This document shows, piece by piece, positions 11,742-23,876 of a stretch of 64,000 nucleotides of DNA. The position numbers and the translations under genes are program-made. The stretch's first letter is position 1. Each line of letters begins with the position of its first letter. The notes below the pieces were generated by a model. That model saw nothing but the letters and a program-made list of their open reading frames with translations, was not told the DNA's origin and searched no databases. Origin of the DNA: Vezdaea acicularis (Eukaryota); assembly GCA_026025075.1 (NCBI GenBank), contig JAPEUI010000073.1, positions 1-64,000 of the forward strand. Reading direction: 5' to 3'.

Positions 11742-12818
11742 ATGAACCGCTACCGCGGTCCGGCATTTGGTGGTCCGTCGAAGGCTACACCTCAGACTCT
11801 TTGCCAGAAATGCCTCAAGCGAGATAAGTTCAAACTTGCGTGAGCTAACTTGCTCTTACTTACCTTATATTACGGCACTATAGTTATGAGTGCAAGGCTC
11901 AGACACAGGAGCGTCCATACGCCTCTCGTCCTTCTCGAACTCAACAGCTTCTTAACCCTAAATTAGCACCTAAGCTGACGAGCGACCTGCCAAATGCGTT
12001 GCAATCGAAGCAAGTCCCTTTCTTCCATTGGTCGCCATTCAGTTTCTAGGGCTAATTATTGGCCAACACTTAGGAAGGATTTGACGGAGGAAATTCTCGG
12101 GAAAGACAGGTCAAACCGCAAGTCAAAAGGCGATGATGGAGATGGCATGGATTACATCGGTGGTCGCCGGCGATCCATCTCGGCCTCGCCCTTCTCATCT
12201 GGCTCGGCTACTTCGACCGATGACTCCAGAGGATCATCGGTTAGGGGCGAAGACAAGTATTATCATTCTCAGCAATCACCGAGCATTCTTAGGAAGGAAA
12301 TTGGCACTAGGAAACGGCGAAGAAGCCTGACATCTTCTGAAAGGTCCCTTTCCTCAGAACCATCCGAGCGTGAGGCTAGACCGATATCCAGAGACCAGGA
12401 GAGAAACACAAGAGCTAGACGCGGTCTTCTCAGTCCAGATGAGCGTGGTCGACGACGAAGCCGTTCTAGGGAGGGTCGCAAGCGTGGAAGGAGTAGGAGT
12501 AGGACGCGTAGTGTTCATCGAGGTCATACCACTCGTGTTAGCCGCTCAGTAACCCCTCATCGACCCACTCGACAGGATGCTTTGTTTGATAGTCCTAGAG
12601 AGAGGGGACATTATGACCGAGAGATCGAGCATATCGGTCGAAGGAATCGTAGTGACCAAAACCGTCATGACTCATATGATGAAAGAGGCCGTAATAATGG
12701 GAGAAGAGAGGAAGAGAGCCGAAAGGAGAACCAGACCCGCCCACCCCCGAAGGAGAGGAGCTTGAGCCCGTTCAGCAAACGCCTTGCGCTTACGCAGGCC
12801 ATGAATATGGGGAGGTAA
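11742..12818 (+). CDS. ZCCHC10-like CCHC zinc-knuckle protein with RS-rich tail
   Basis: Model 11742-11823, 11874-12009, 12074-12818 gives CQKCLKRGHYSYEC...RPYASRPSRTQQL, then an Arg/Ser-rich region ending SPFSKRLALTQAMNMGR. Requires one AT-AC and one GC-AG intron. Confidence 0.82.
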
Positions 12819-13059
12819 TGGGGTTTATCTTTGCATTAAGCGCTGGCGTTTGGATGGCGCATTTATTATTATACCTATGCTGGTTCATCGAACTCGAAGG
12901 CGTACCGGGGGAAAAGCTTGATACTTTCTGTACTGCTGTCAAAGCGCAGGCCTACTCTCCATGTTCATGATACAACTCAATGATTCGGTTTTGAGTCAAA
13001 ACTCTGATACTGAACTCGCTCTTAATGCGCCTAACACCGCATTCAATGGGAAATTTTAA

Positions 13060-13683
13060 TCATGCCATCTCTTCATCCTCCCTATCCCTCCTCTCCTCTT
13101 CAGCCTCTTCTCTCTCACGCTCACGAACACCTTCAACCAACATGCCGCCCTCCATCCCAACTGCTTCCCCGTCAGCACCGTCTATTCCTGCTTTAGTTTT
13201 CGCTCTCTCCTGTGCGGCTCGTATCCTCTCTCTTACGAGCCTCGCAATTGCGTTGTCTGTCCTCACATTTAAGATCTTCATTTTCTGATCTACGTCTCTT
13301 TTCAGATCCCAGTTCGGCTTCTTAGGCTGTAGTGTGAACAAATCAATCGGCTTGTCTGTTCCATCCCTCTTCGCCTTCTCAGCTGTCTCTCGCGCTATTT
13401 GAGCAGCTTGGTCTTCGAGGGTCTTTAGGTTTTCGTTGGGTAAAGTTTCGAAACCGAGTTTGGGGCCCCTGGTCGCTATATCATAGTTTCGTCCGGAGAG
13501 GTAGGTACTTGTTACGTCGGGGGTTGTCTCTTTCTCTTCTCTAGGCTCAGGTGAGGTTGCTTTCGTAGTGTGATCTTCCTCATCGTCTTGTGGAGGCTGT
13601 TTGCGTTTTAGAGATTTAAGCTTAGCTAGGCGTGCTTTGCGCTCGGTGGCTGCAGCGTCGAGAGAGGCGTGAGTTGAAGCCAT
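13060..13683 (-). CDS. cwf18: Pre-mRNA splicing factor Cwf18 (CCDC12-like)
   Basis: ERKARLAKLKSLKRK, LSGRNYD, IDLFTLQPKKPNWDLKRD motifs; intronless. Confidence 0.9.
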   Translation of the reverse strand: MASTHASLDAAATERKARLAKLKSLKRKQPPQDDEEDHTTKATSPEPREEKETTPDVTSTYLSGRNYDIATRGPKLGFETLPNENLKTLEDQAAQIARETAEKAKRDGTDKPIDLFTLQPKKPNWDLKRDVDQKMKILNVRTDNAIARLVRERIRAAQERAKTKAGIDGADGEAVGMEGGMLVEGVREREREEAEEERRDREDEEMA

Positions 13684-14708
13684 ATTAGTGGGCTTTCGAA
13701 TAATAAATCTCACACCTCCCTGATCTCCGTACTATATGTTTCAAAGGGCCGTGGGGTTCTGGGGTCATTTCGATGTGTAATGGTAGAACGAAAACATTTG
13801 GATTCGCAAGCGAGACCAAGGTCACGTCTAATTCAAGGTCTGGATGGTACCAATTTTGAAGAATGAAGGCTTCTAAGAATGGGGCACATTGACACATAAC
13901 CCCAATAAAGTAATTGAATTGCTCTGGTAGTAGAGCATTTCAACACTTAGGAAGCTCTATATCATAACCCTGTGACTATCATATCATGGTAAAGATCCCC
14001 AAGAACGAGCGAGTTTATAAAGGGCTTGTTGTAAATGTTCATACTGCAGTCCAAAGAAACAGAAAACAACCATCCGCATGCCATGCTATCTCTTCTTGTC
14101 TCATCAGGTACATTTCGCTATAAATACATCGACTAAAGCCCTCTAACCAAGCGCACCAGAACCCTAGGTGGAACGCCTCGTATTGCGTCCTTCCGTATTG
14201 TACGCTCACTGTATAAACAGAGTTACCTTCTAGAAATTAGTCTTGCCAATATTTAGACTTGGGATCTGGTGTTTCACAGCCATAAGTACACAGCATATGC
14301 TAACGTAGGGGCTTAGCCGCTCTCCTACCCTTGCGCATTTCCAAAAGGACCCTACGAAGACACTGTTAAGATTAGCCTTTGCGGTTGAAAGACTGAGGAA
14401 GTGGTTGATTCTAGTATTACCCGTCCTTGTTACGATCCATCCAGCCCGGAACTACAGCATGAGTATACGTGGAAGTACAAATTAATAGTAGAATCACAAG
14501 AAGAAGTGATTGAAAGTTAAAGAGTGCAGACTACCGTTATACCAAGTTAGAACATCTTCAAAGGCAAGCTCAATAGACGGTTGACTTGCCATAGTATTCC
14601 CTCCGTTCTGAATTCTGAGATTGTTGTCGTTGGCGGGCTTGACTTGAGCAGGCGCAAAGGTTGATAATTGGCCAGATTTGTGAAGTTCGCGAACGCCTTT
14701 GAGTTTCG

Positions 14709-14732
14709 CCGACCTCCGACCTCCGACCTCCG
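14709..14732 (+). repeat. (CCGACCT)3 short tandem repeat upstream of TAF13
   Basis: ccgacctccgacctccgacctccg read directly. Confidence 0.7.
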
Positions 14733-14801
14733 TCATCCACCTCCATCTCCATCGACCAGTCAACTTAAGCTTTTACATCTCAAACTCTGGTCTATCTCAG
14801 T

Positions 14802-15406
14802 ATGAACTCAAGATACCAAACTGCGCCTATAGCGGATTATAGACCACGCGCTAGCGGACGCTCCAAGCTCAACTTTGAGAAAGATGGTATGTATACACCG
14901 TGCCGCCTTGCGACAGGATTCAATAGCTCACCTCAACTAGCCAAGGCGCTCCTCTTCGCCTTTGGTGATGATAAGGACCCTTTACCAGGGACTGTCCGTG
15001 TTCTTGATGAAATCATGACTGAGTAAGTATCTACATCTCTCATTTGGCTCTTTTCAGTACTCAAGATCGCCTTAGCTATATACTTGAGGTTTGCCACAAA
15101 GCAGCAGCCTATGCGTCGTACGGTCGACGAACCAAGCTGAAGGTCGACGATTTCAAGTTCGCTGTGCGAAAGGATCCTATCAAATTAGGCCGGATACAGG
15201 AACTTATGAATGCTGCGGCTACGTTGGCAAAGGCGAGGAAAGTCTTTGATCCTAAAGACGATAGCTTTGGAGCCGCGCAACAGATACTCATGGAGGAGAC
15301 AGAGGCCAAGCCTAAAGACGGGAAAAGCAGTAAGGGAAGGAGGAGTGGGCTAGCTGGAAATAAAGTTGGCAAACGCATAGGCAGACCGCCAAAATCAGCT
15401 ATGTGA
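14802..15406 (+). CDS. TAF13: TFIID subunit TAF13
   Basis: Exons 14802-14886, 14941-15022, 15076-15406; LLFAFGDDKDPLPGTVRVLDEIMTDYI and KLKVDDFKFAVRKDPIKLGRIQEL histone-fold motifs. Confidence 0.88.
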
Positions 15407-15698
15407 TATTAATTGCTTTGAGTGGCGGGATTTTGGGTCTCATTGACATTAGGCAGGCGTACGGGAAATGCTCATTTACATGCGTTGGGTTGGGATGTTT
15501 CTTCAAGCATACAGATACCCTAGTTAGGCCTTTCTAGCTGCAACAAAATGCTTCGTGTTGAAGTCAATGTCTATTCCTTGCACTCCTTCCGAACGCCATG
15601 CTTTTTCACCCTTGGAAGATATGCCATATGCTACACAGACAAAGGGTGAACAACGCGTACCCCTCTCACAAGCTGCTAGAGTCGAGGACATTGATTCA

Positions 15699-16838
15699 CT
15701 ATTGCTCGTTATTCCGTTGTTGGCCTCGTCCTTTTCCGCCACGTTGCTCTCGACCACCTTTCTGGCCACCCTCGGCGCCTCCACCGCTTCCTCCTATGCC
15801 ATCCCCTGTGCCTGCTACGAGCGCTGCAGTAGCTAACCGGTTCGATAAGTCGATTTGTGTGCGAATAGTATTAGCCAGGTATGAAACTACCAAGACATCT
15901 TGTATGTGATTATTGCTATGACATGGTTAGTAGCGTGCACGATTAGATAGTCTATAAAGGCGACTTACAAATCCCGTTCGATATCAGCGTGATCAACTTT
16001 GGGCGCAAGTGAGAGAGCATTCATCAGATATTGTCCAAGAGCACTAGATGGCCGCGCCTCCTCATCTAGTACAGATCCCACGTAGTCTGATACTCTTTCC
16101 AACATCTCCAAAACCTCCACGATGGCTTTCTCTAGCGACTCGACATCAGTGATTACTTGCGCCATCCTATCTTCGCGATCTTTTGCTCCTGCGATAAGCT
16201 CAAGGCCACTCTTCTCATTGTCGCCATACTTGATCTCGTAGGGTACGGGGATGAACAAACAGCTATCCTGTGCCCGCTCTGGTGTAACGCCCACCGGCGA
16301 AGAGATGAATGTCCTGCACTCAATATCTTTACCCGGTATAGTGGAAACAGTGAGATGTACCGCTGCATGAGGCCAAGTTCCATCGCCCTGGCTGCTGTAG
16401 AAATTTTGTATCAGGGCTGAAAAGGTATTCAGCTCCAAGCTTGTAGCATACCAGCCCACCAGTATCTCTCGCGGGTTTGCTTTGAGATGCTGCGCCAGCA
16501 TAGCCCTTTGATAGTCCATATCTACTTCTACTTGCTCTTGCGTTTCGGTGTGTCCAACGGCGAAGCAATTTCTGATCTCTACTTCCATACCATCTTCACT
16601 CCGAACTCCAAGGAGGGTACCGATGACACGATCCTGGCGCTGTATCCGACGTAGAGAGTGATCCAGGATGGAAAGGAGAGCCTACAAACAGTGTTAAGAT
16701 TAGATATATGAATCTCAGACATAGCTTGCTTACAGCCGGCTGTATGACGACCGTTAGTGGAGCGGTTGTCGGTTGAGCTCCTACAGCAGCTTGACTAAGA
16801 GGCCTAGCAAGATGTAGGAACGGGTCGTGATTTGCCAT
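15699..16838 (-). CDS. eIF3f: Translation initiation factor 3 subunit F (MPN domain)
   Basis: Three exons; [53 protein letters not shown]. Confidence 0.92.
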
Positions 16839-17053
16839 GCTGGGCAAAGAAACTCTGTTCAGTAGCCAAAGTCTTAGCTTTGGCCCGCAATCAAAATCAA
16901 AGTCCCTGATGATATGCGGTTGTCCGCGGGATGCGGCACAAGAATCTTTGTGGGTAGGTAGCCGAGCCCTAGAATTTCGCGCTAGCGATAAGATCGACGA
17001 AAGACTAGTAGAAATTTAATGGAGCTTCCACAGTTAAACAACAGCACCTCACC

Positions 17054-19337
17054 ATGTCACGACCGTCGTCATTTAGAGGGAGAGGAGCTCGTGGTAACTT
17101 CAGGAGAAGGGGACGAGGTCAATTTCGTGGTCCAAGGCAAACCTCATTCTCTGCTGTACGCATAAAAGAAGAAGCCGAAGAAGAGTGAGAAACCCTGGTA
17201 TTTGCCCACGGCGTGATGAATGTTGGCGTTTATTGATGCAGTTCATTAGCCCAATTAGACCCTCAACAGATGAAGAAGCTTCGGAAGTAGATGGTCCAGA
17301 AACAGAGGGCAGTATTAGTGATGTTACGAGTGATGAAGGGGACGAAACTCGTCTCGCTCGGCCGTATAATACTCTTCTCCAATCTCTCAAGGGTTCGGAA
17401 CCGGGACCAAAGCGAAAGAGGCGAAAGCTAGATGCTAATAGGGAGAAGACCGAGTCTAAGGATGCTATAGCTAGAGGAACGCTACGGACGAATACTGCGG
17501 AAATGGACATAGATCTGATTGACGAAAACGAGGAAGATCCCACAATCGAGATGAAAGAAGTTGAGCTTGATCAAGAAAACGATGAGGACGACGAAATTAG
17601 CTCAGATCCTTTTAATAGTCATTTTGCCAATCCGGAGGAAACTAAGCTCTCTGACCACATCAAGTCGGTTTCTCTAGATGAATGGGCGTCCTCTAAATAT
17701 GCGTGTGGCAAAGCTGGGAAATTAATGTTTTCCATTCCGAAATCGGACACTAAGAAGGTGCAATCACATCCGTTACGAATTATTAAGGGTCCGGGTGCTC
17801 TCAAGCTCAAGGCAAGATTGGTTGAATCCACGAAGAAGCTCCAGCCGCAGTTCGATGAGCTTGAATCTACACTCGCTGCAGTCATCTTCAACTACGAAGA
17901 TCTGCTATATACTGGCCGTGATACAGTAAATGCAGACTGTCTCAGGAAACTGTTCTGCCTACATGCCTTGAACCATGTCTTCAAGACTCGAGATCGGGTC
18001 ATCAAGAATAATGCGAAGTTAGCACAAGAAGGGGGCGATGAGCTGGAGCTTAGGGATCAAGGGTTCACACGGCCGAAAGTCCTAATAATCTTGCCCACAA
18101 GGCAAGCATGTGCAAAGGTTGTTGAGATTATTACCCAGTTATGTGATCCGGAGCAACAGGAAAATCGGAAACGATTTGTGGACGGTTTCCTGGATGATGA
18201 AGAAAAGTTCTCAAAAGACAAACCAGAGGATTTCCGCGACCTCTTCGGCGGGAATGATGATGATATGTTTCGGCTTGGCATGAAATTCACTAGGAAGACC
18301 ATAAAGTATTTTGCGCAGTTCTATAACTCCGACATCATCTTTGCAAGTCCGCTTGGTCTTTGGATGGCTTTGGGTAGTGGAGAGTGAGTCTCCCTACACG
18401 TATAGTACGATCTCGGCTAACAGTACACAGCGAGAAGAAGGCAGATTACGATTTCCTAAGCTCCCTCGAACTCGTGATTTTGGATCAAGCAGATGCGCTC
18501 CTCATGCAGAACTGGGAACACGTGAGCCATATCTTCAGTCATTTGAATCACCAACCTAAAGAAGCCCATGGCTGCGACTTTAGCCGAGTACGGAACTGGT
18601 ATCTTGATGGCAACGCAAGGTATCTCCGGCAAACCATTGTGTTATCTGCTTTCAACACCCCGGAGCTTAATCGACTGTTCCTGAAGGACATGCAGAACGT
18701 TGCAGGAAAAGCTAAGCTTTCTCCAGAGTATGACGGTGCGGTGCTATACACTGGCATTCAGCTAAAGCAAACCTTCTCCCGCTTCGAGTCAGAGATACCT
18801 TCGAATGATCCCAACATGCGCTTCAAATACTTTACGACAGCAATCATTCCATCGCTTGCTCGAAATTCTAAACCTTCAACGGTACTAGGGATCCTTATTT
18901 TTGTCCCTTCTTACCTTGACTTTGTTCGAGTACGGAACTACTTTTCTACCTCCGCCGCAACTCAGAACATATCTTTTGGAACCATATCGGAATACAGCAG
19001 CGTTAAAGAAGTGGCTCGGGCGCGGTCACATTTCCACAATGGAAAACATTCAGTATTGCTATATACAGAGCGAGCGCATCATTTCCGACGATATCGACTA
19101 CGAGGAGTCAAGCGAGTGATCATGTATGGGCTCCCGGATAACCCCATATTCTATCAAGAGATCGTTGGCGGATTTCTGGGTCAAAGCCTTCAAGATGGGA
19201 AGGCGGATATTGGCGAGATAGGAGTCCGGAGCCTATTTTCGAAATGGGATAGCTTGAAGCTGGAAAGGATTATAGGAACGGGGAGGATTGCGCCCCTCCT
19301 AAGAGAAAAAGGGGGTGATACCTTCGACTTTGTCTAA
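17054..19337 (+). CDS. UTP25: U3 snoRNA-associated protein Utp25
   Basis: Introns at ~17185-17249 and 18384-18430; [57 protein letters not shown]. Confidence 0.93.
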
Positions 19338-19534
19338 TCACAGCACCGCTCTGATCGACCGATTCACAATGCCAAAAGCTATGCCGATCGCCTCGCCTCG
19401 CCTATACCTGCCCCGCGATAGCTCTTGCGCCCTATGACATGGCTTTCGTCATTGTGTATTCTTTCTCATAAGTTCTATGATTTCCGCACCTGCTCTATAT
19501 CCCACCTCGAACCCATCACACCGTTCTATACATC

Positions 19535-20041
19535 ATGGCTGAAAAAGCTTCAACAGACGTCCGCTCTCCTCTTGTAGGCGGCTGCCTCTGTGGCTCAGTC
19601 GCCTACTCCATCAGCTTCCCGGCGGGTGCCAAATGGCCCCCCGACTCTCACACTTGCCAATGTCCGCAATGCCGACGCCAAACAGGCTCTCTCGTCGCCC
19701 CTTTTATTCTTGTGCATCCCTCACGCGTCACCTGGGATCACGCGTCCGACTCACCAACACTCTCAGAATATAACTCAAGTGGTACAGCTACCCGCGGCTT
19801 TTGTAAGAAATGTGGCTCGCCTTTGTTCTGGCGAGATAGTTGTCTTCCGGACGAAATTGAGATATTCTTGGGCAGCGTGGATAAGAAGTTTCTGGTAGGG
19901 AAGCAAGGAGAGGAGCTTTGCAGGCCAACTGGGGGTGAGTTCTGGTTTAAATGTGCTATCAAGGGTGTTACGGATTTGGGGCCGGGCTATGGGGGAAAGG
20001 GGAGGCTAACGGAGGGGACGGGATCGGCGAAGGCTTTGTAA
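19535..20041 (+). CDS. GFA/Mss4-like (CENP-V family) Zn-binding protein
   Basis: GGCLCG, CQCPQCRRQTG and RGFCKKCGSPL cysteine pattern. Confidence 0.85.
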   Translation: MAEKASTDVRSPLVGGCLCGSVAYSISFPAGAKWPPDSHTCQCPQCRRQTGSLVAPFILVHPSRVTWDHASDSPTLSEYNSSGTATRGFCKKCGSPLFWRDSCLPDEIEIFLGSVDKKFLVGKQGEELCRPTGGEFWFKCAIKGVTDLGPGYGGKGRLTEGTGSAKAL

Positions 20042-20481
20042 TGCATTGGGGATGGCCTAGCTTGTCGTCATTCAAGAGCCAATTGATTCTTTATATTCAG
20101 TGTTACGCACCGTTGTAAGGCATATCCGAGGCTCCTGCCCTTGATTGCTGTCTCCCTCGAAGCGAGTGCATTCCTAAGCATCTACGGTATATCAATTGAT
20201 GGCTCGCATTTTGCTCGTAAGGGACCCCCAAAGCTTTCACGAGAAAATTGCTATGCGCGATAGGCCATGACCTCCATTAGTCCGGCGACCATCTTCGTGT
20301 CCACACCTGCAACTCTATACATCATGACCCAGAAGTAGCTCAACTTCCCAAGTCCGCCCCTCTATATTCTCCTATAGACACCAATCTCCTGCCGCACAAT
20401 CCACCACCAACTCCGACGCACCAGATCGTAAAAGATCGCTTCACAACCCACCCTCCCCACCCTCATCGCCAAAAAACAAAA

Positions 20482-21312
20482 ATGGACATCCTGCCCCTAA
20501 CGCCCTCACTCCTCCCCCTAGTGCAAAGCACGAACATCTCCAACCTGCCTGAAAACTACTTCCTGAAATACTACCTATACCACGCACTCTCATGGCCACA
20601 ACTCTCCTTCGTCGCCGTCGACATCTCGAAGTCGACGACCCACCCACGAGTCGTCGGGTATGTGCTTGCGAAGATGGAGGAAGAACCGGAGGATGGGGTT
20701 CCGCATGGGCATATTACGAGTTTGTCGGTTATGAGGACGCATAGGAGGCTGGGCCTGGCGGAGAGGTTGATGAGGTTGAGTCGTAAGTTCCCCCGGCCTC
20801 ACATCCCTTCGGAGGGTTTTGATATGGTGTCTTTCACGGCTGCTTTTATTCGTCCCCTTCCTCCAGGGTTGATGTATGAGTATTAACAAATAGAACAAAC
20901 AGAACGAGCCATGGCCGAAGTCTTCAGCGCGCACTACGTAAGCCTACACGTACGCGTCTCCAACACAGCCGCACTGCACCTATACCGGGACACGCTGGGG
21001 TTCAACGTCGCGGCCACAGAAGCGAAGTACTACGCCGACGGCGAGAACGCATTCAGCATGAAGCAAGAACTAGCGTTTCTAAAGAACCTTGGAGACGGGG
21101 AGGAGAGCGAGGGGGAGGAGGATGGGGCGGAAGCTAAGGGGGGGAAGGGGAAGGGGGAGGCGGATGAAGGGGAGGAGGTGGGGGAGGCGGGGGAGGAGGA
21201 TGGGGAGAGGAAGGAGAATGGCGGGAAGAAGAAGATGAGAAGGGTTAAGGTTGGGAGGGGACTGGGTGTGGAGGGATTGGTGGAGAGGAGTGAGATTAAG
21301 GCGGGGAGTTAG
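20482..21312 (+). CDS. ARD1: N-terminal acetyltransferase A catalytic subunit (Naa10)
   Basis: [60 protein letters not shown]; intron 20783 to 20893 or 20902. Confidence 0.95.
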
Positions 21313-21711
21313 ATGGGGGACGTAACCGATCCTTAGAACTGGAGGCATTGAACTTGACATTTCAGTCATTAGTTCTTTCTTACGAAAGGCTAAAGGACAA
21401 ATAGTCTTCTCAGTGTCTAATGATAGTAAATCGGATCTCGAGTAGATACCTTTCTTAGAGCTTACGAAGGATTGACTAAGACTTAAGACTAGTGACATAA
21501 TTTTTGGTAGCATGTCTATGCCATGACAGTGCCTGCCGCTGCCTAACGCGAACCTTGCAGAAGTGCAATATGGTACAAAGTCTGACCGCCAACACCCCCC
21601 GAACGAGCTAATTCCACGCCAAGCCTGCCGGTCTAGCCACGTATAAAGCCATGCAACCCAAGTATCAATAACCGTATACCAACTAATTGTAATATAGAGC
21701 ATCCATTCCCT

Positions 21712-23876
21712 TTATCTCCTCCCACCACGTCTCCCAGGGCCTCTCGTGGTCCGCGTGGTCCTTGTCGGGTTTTCAAACTTGACGTGCCGCTCGACCCTCC
21801 TCCCTCTTGTCCTAGCACCTTGTCCTCTCATCGCGCCTCTTCTGGGTTTCGTGACGGGTACTTCGCGTGTTATCTCCGGGTCTGTCGCTGTTGTCTCGGA
21901 AGCTTCGTCAGCATCCTCCACATCAACGTCGACTTCTTCTGGCTCGTGTGTAGTAGCGGAAGAGGATGATGGCGATTCGGAGCCTTCTTCGTACTCCTCA
22001 TCTTCCTCATCGGAAATAAGCGAGGGTGCGTCGATTGCAGGCGGTGAGAGGGTTGTGGCTTCCACCATTTGAGTGTCGGCATTTGCTTTCGTGCGAGTAC
22101 TGTGTGACTTGGATATCGTGGCAGATGATAGTCGGGGCGAGATACTACTGACGCCGGGCTTACGACCAGGCTTCTCAATACCTTTTGAGGCTCTTAGGCC
22201 TAGTGGAGCAGGAGACATGCCGGAACGGGCGGGAGTGCGGGACTGTTGCATGTCTTCGCTGGGCTCTTCGTACCTATGCTCGTTGTCTATCTCTTCATCG
22301 CTTTCCTCTTCACTCGAGTCATAGATGATCACGTCGTCTTTGCGCTTAGTCTCTTCGACGAGAGCGGCGAGATCAAGACCGATACCTCTCTTTTCCAGGT
22401 AAGCAGAGAGATGTGGGGTGATTGAGGATGGGATGAAGGCTGAATGGACGGTCGCGTTGTTGTTCTTTGCCATCGCTTTACTATTCGATCTCTTGCGCTT
22501 TCCTCCGCGAGGTAGTGACTTCTGATTATGCAGAGTGGGTACGGGAGTGGGAGGTGGAGGAGATTGAGGAATTGACCCGCTCGCTAAGGTCCGTTCACCA
22601 ACCACCTGACCAGGATCTGCCCTAATCAGCGGGTGGACAAGCGCTGGCCCTCCTACTGAATTCGGCTCTTCAGATCCTACGATTGCCCCATTTTCGTCAA
22701 ATTCGACGATCTGGCCGCATGCCATGGCTGCTGCATCGTGCGACTCGAAGCCTCGATGATGAGCAATACGGCAATGATTTATAAAGCCCTGAGCGCTGGA
22801 GAAATCGCCTCGATCGCAGTCTATGCAGACGAGCTTGACTAACTTGTCGTCGGCGGTACGCTTGATGATCAGGGGACTGGACTTGTCCTTTGGCTGTGGA
22901 TAACCACTCGAGAGAGCATGTAGCTTTGTACCGGTGGAGCCCCGATGAGGGCGTGACTTGCCGCCGTGGCTGCTGTCCCCAAAAGAACCTCGAGTCGACC
23001 GTGGATCTGTCGGGCTATGGGCGCTCATCGCTCCGTTAATTCCCGTATCGGCAGGTAAACTTCCGTCGAAAATGATATCTGGGATCAACCATCGTGCGTA
23101 GTGCCGGGTGTATGGACCGTCCACTACGGCCCGGGGTGTCATATAAGTACCGCCAGTAGCGTTCATAATCTGATCCTGTGGCTGTTCTTGAGACGATCCT
23201 GTCGCCATCTTGGCCGCTACGACTGTGGACTCTGTCGTAGATGACTCTGAGGTAGGATCGATATACGGTATTATTGTGCACCGCCTGAGTTGTTCGAGAG
23301 CTATTTGACATTTTGCAAGTTCCTGCTCGATCAATCGTAGCTCTTGATGCTTCAGAAGGATTTCGAGACTGAACTGCGATTCGATCTTTTGTTTGAGGAT
23401 GAAGGGAGTGAATATCTCTGCTGAATCTGGAGTTTACAGGTCAGTTTGCCGGGTATTTATTGTCAGCTGGAGAGATCGGATCACGAACCTGAGTGAACTG
23501 GCGCCACTTCCTCTTCCTCCACTTCACTGGGGACCTCTGATGGTTCCACAGACGCTTTCGCACGTGGAAGTTGTGAATTGCCTAACTTTATCTTCTTCTC
23601 CCCATTCCTCAGCATTTTCTCCATGGGAGGACCCGTCTCCTTCACTCCACGCTTGGCTGGCTTCATCTTCTCCTTCGGAGGTGAGACTGGCTGGCGCGTG
23701 GGCCGGCCGTTCGGTATATCTTGATGATCCTCCCCCCTCTTTCTCTTCAGCTTGTTCTTCACTGGTATCTCGACCATGGGCATAGGCCGTCCTTTGGGAG
23801 CAGGCATGGAGCCTACTACCTTGTCAGCTCCGTTGGTGCCGATGGGCGAGTAGCTCCATTTGATGAATCGCAACAT
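21712..23876 (-). CDS. AHC1: ADA HAT complex component Ahc1-like protein
   Basis: Two exons; QFSLEILLKHQELRLIEQELAKCQ and C2H2-like CIDCDRGDFSSAQGFINHCRIAH. Confidence 0.78.

Noticed and set aside
11824..11873. Canonical U12-type intron or stwintron reading of the AT-AC intron
   Set aside because: The donor is ATAAGT rather than ATATCC, and no internal GT-AG intron can be excised to rebuild a canonical outer donor or acceptor.
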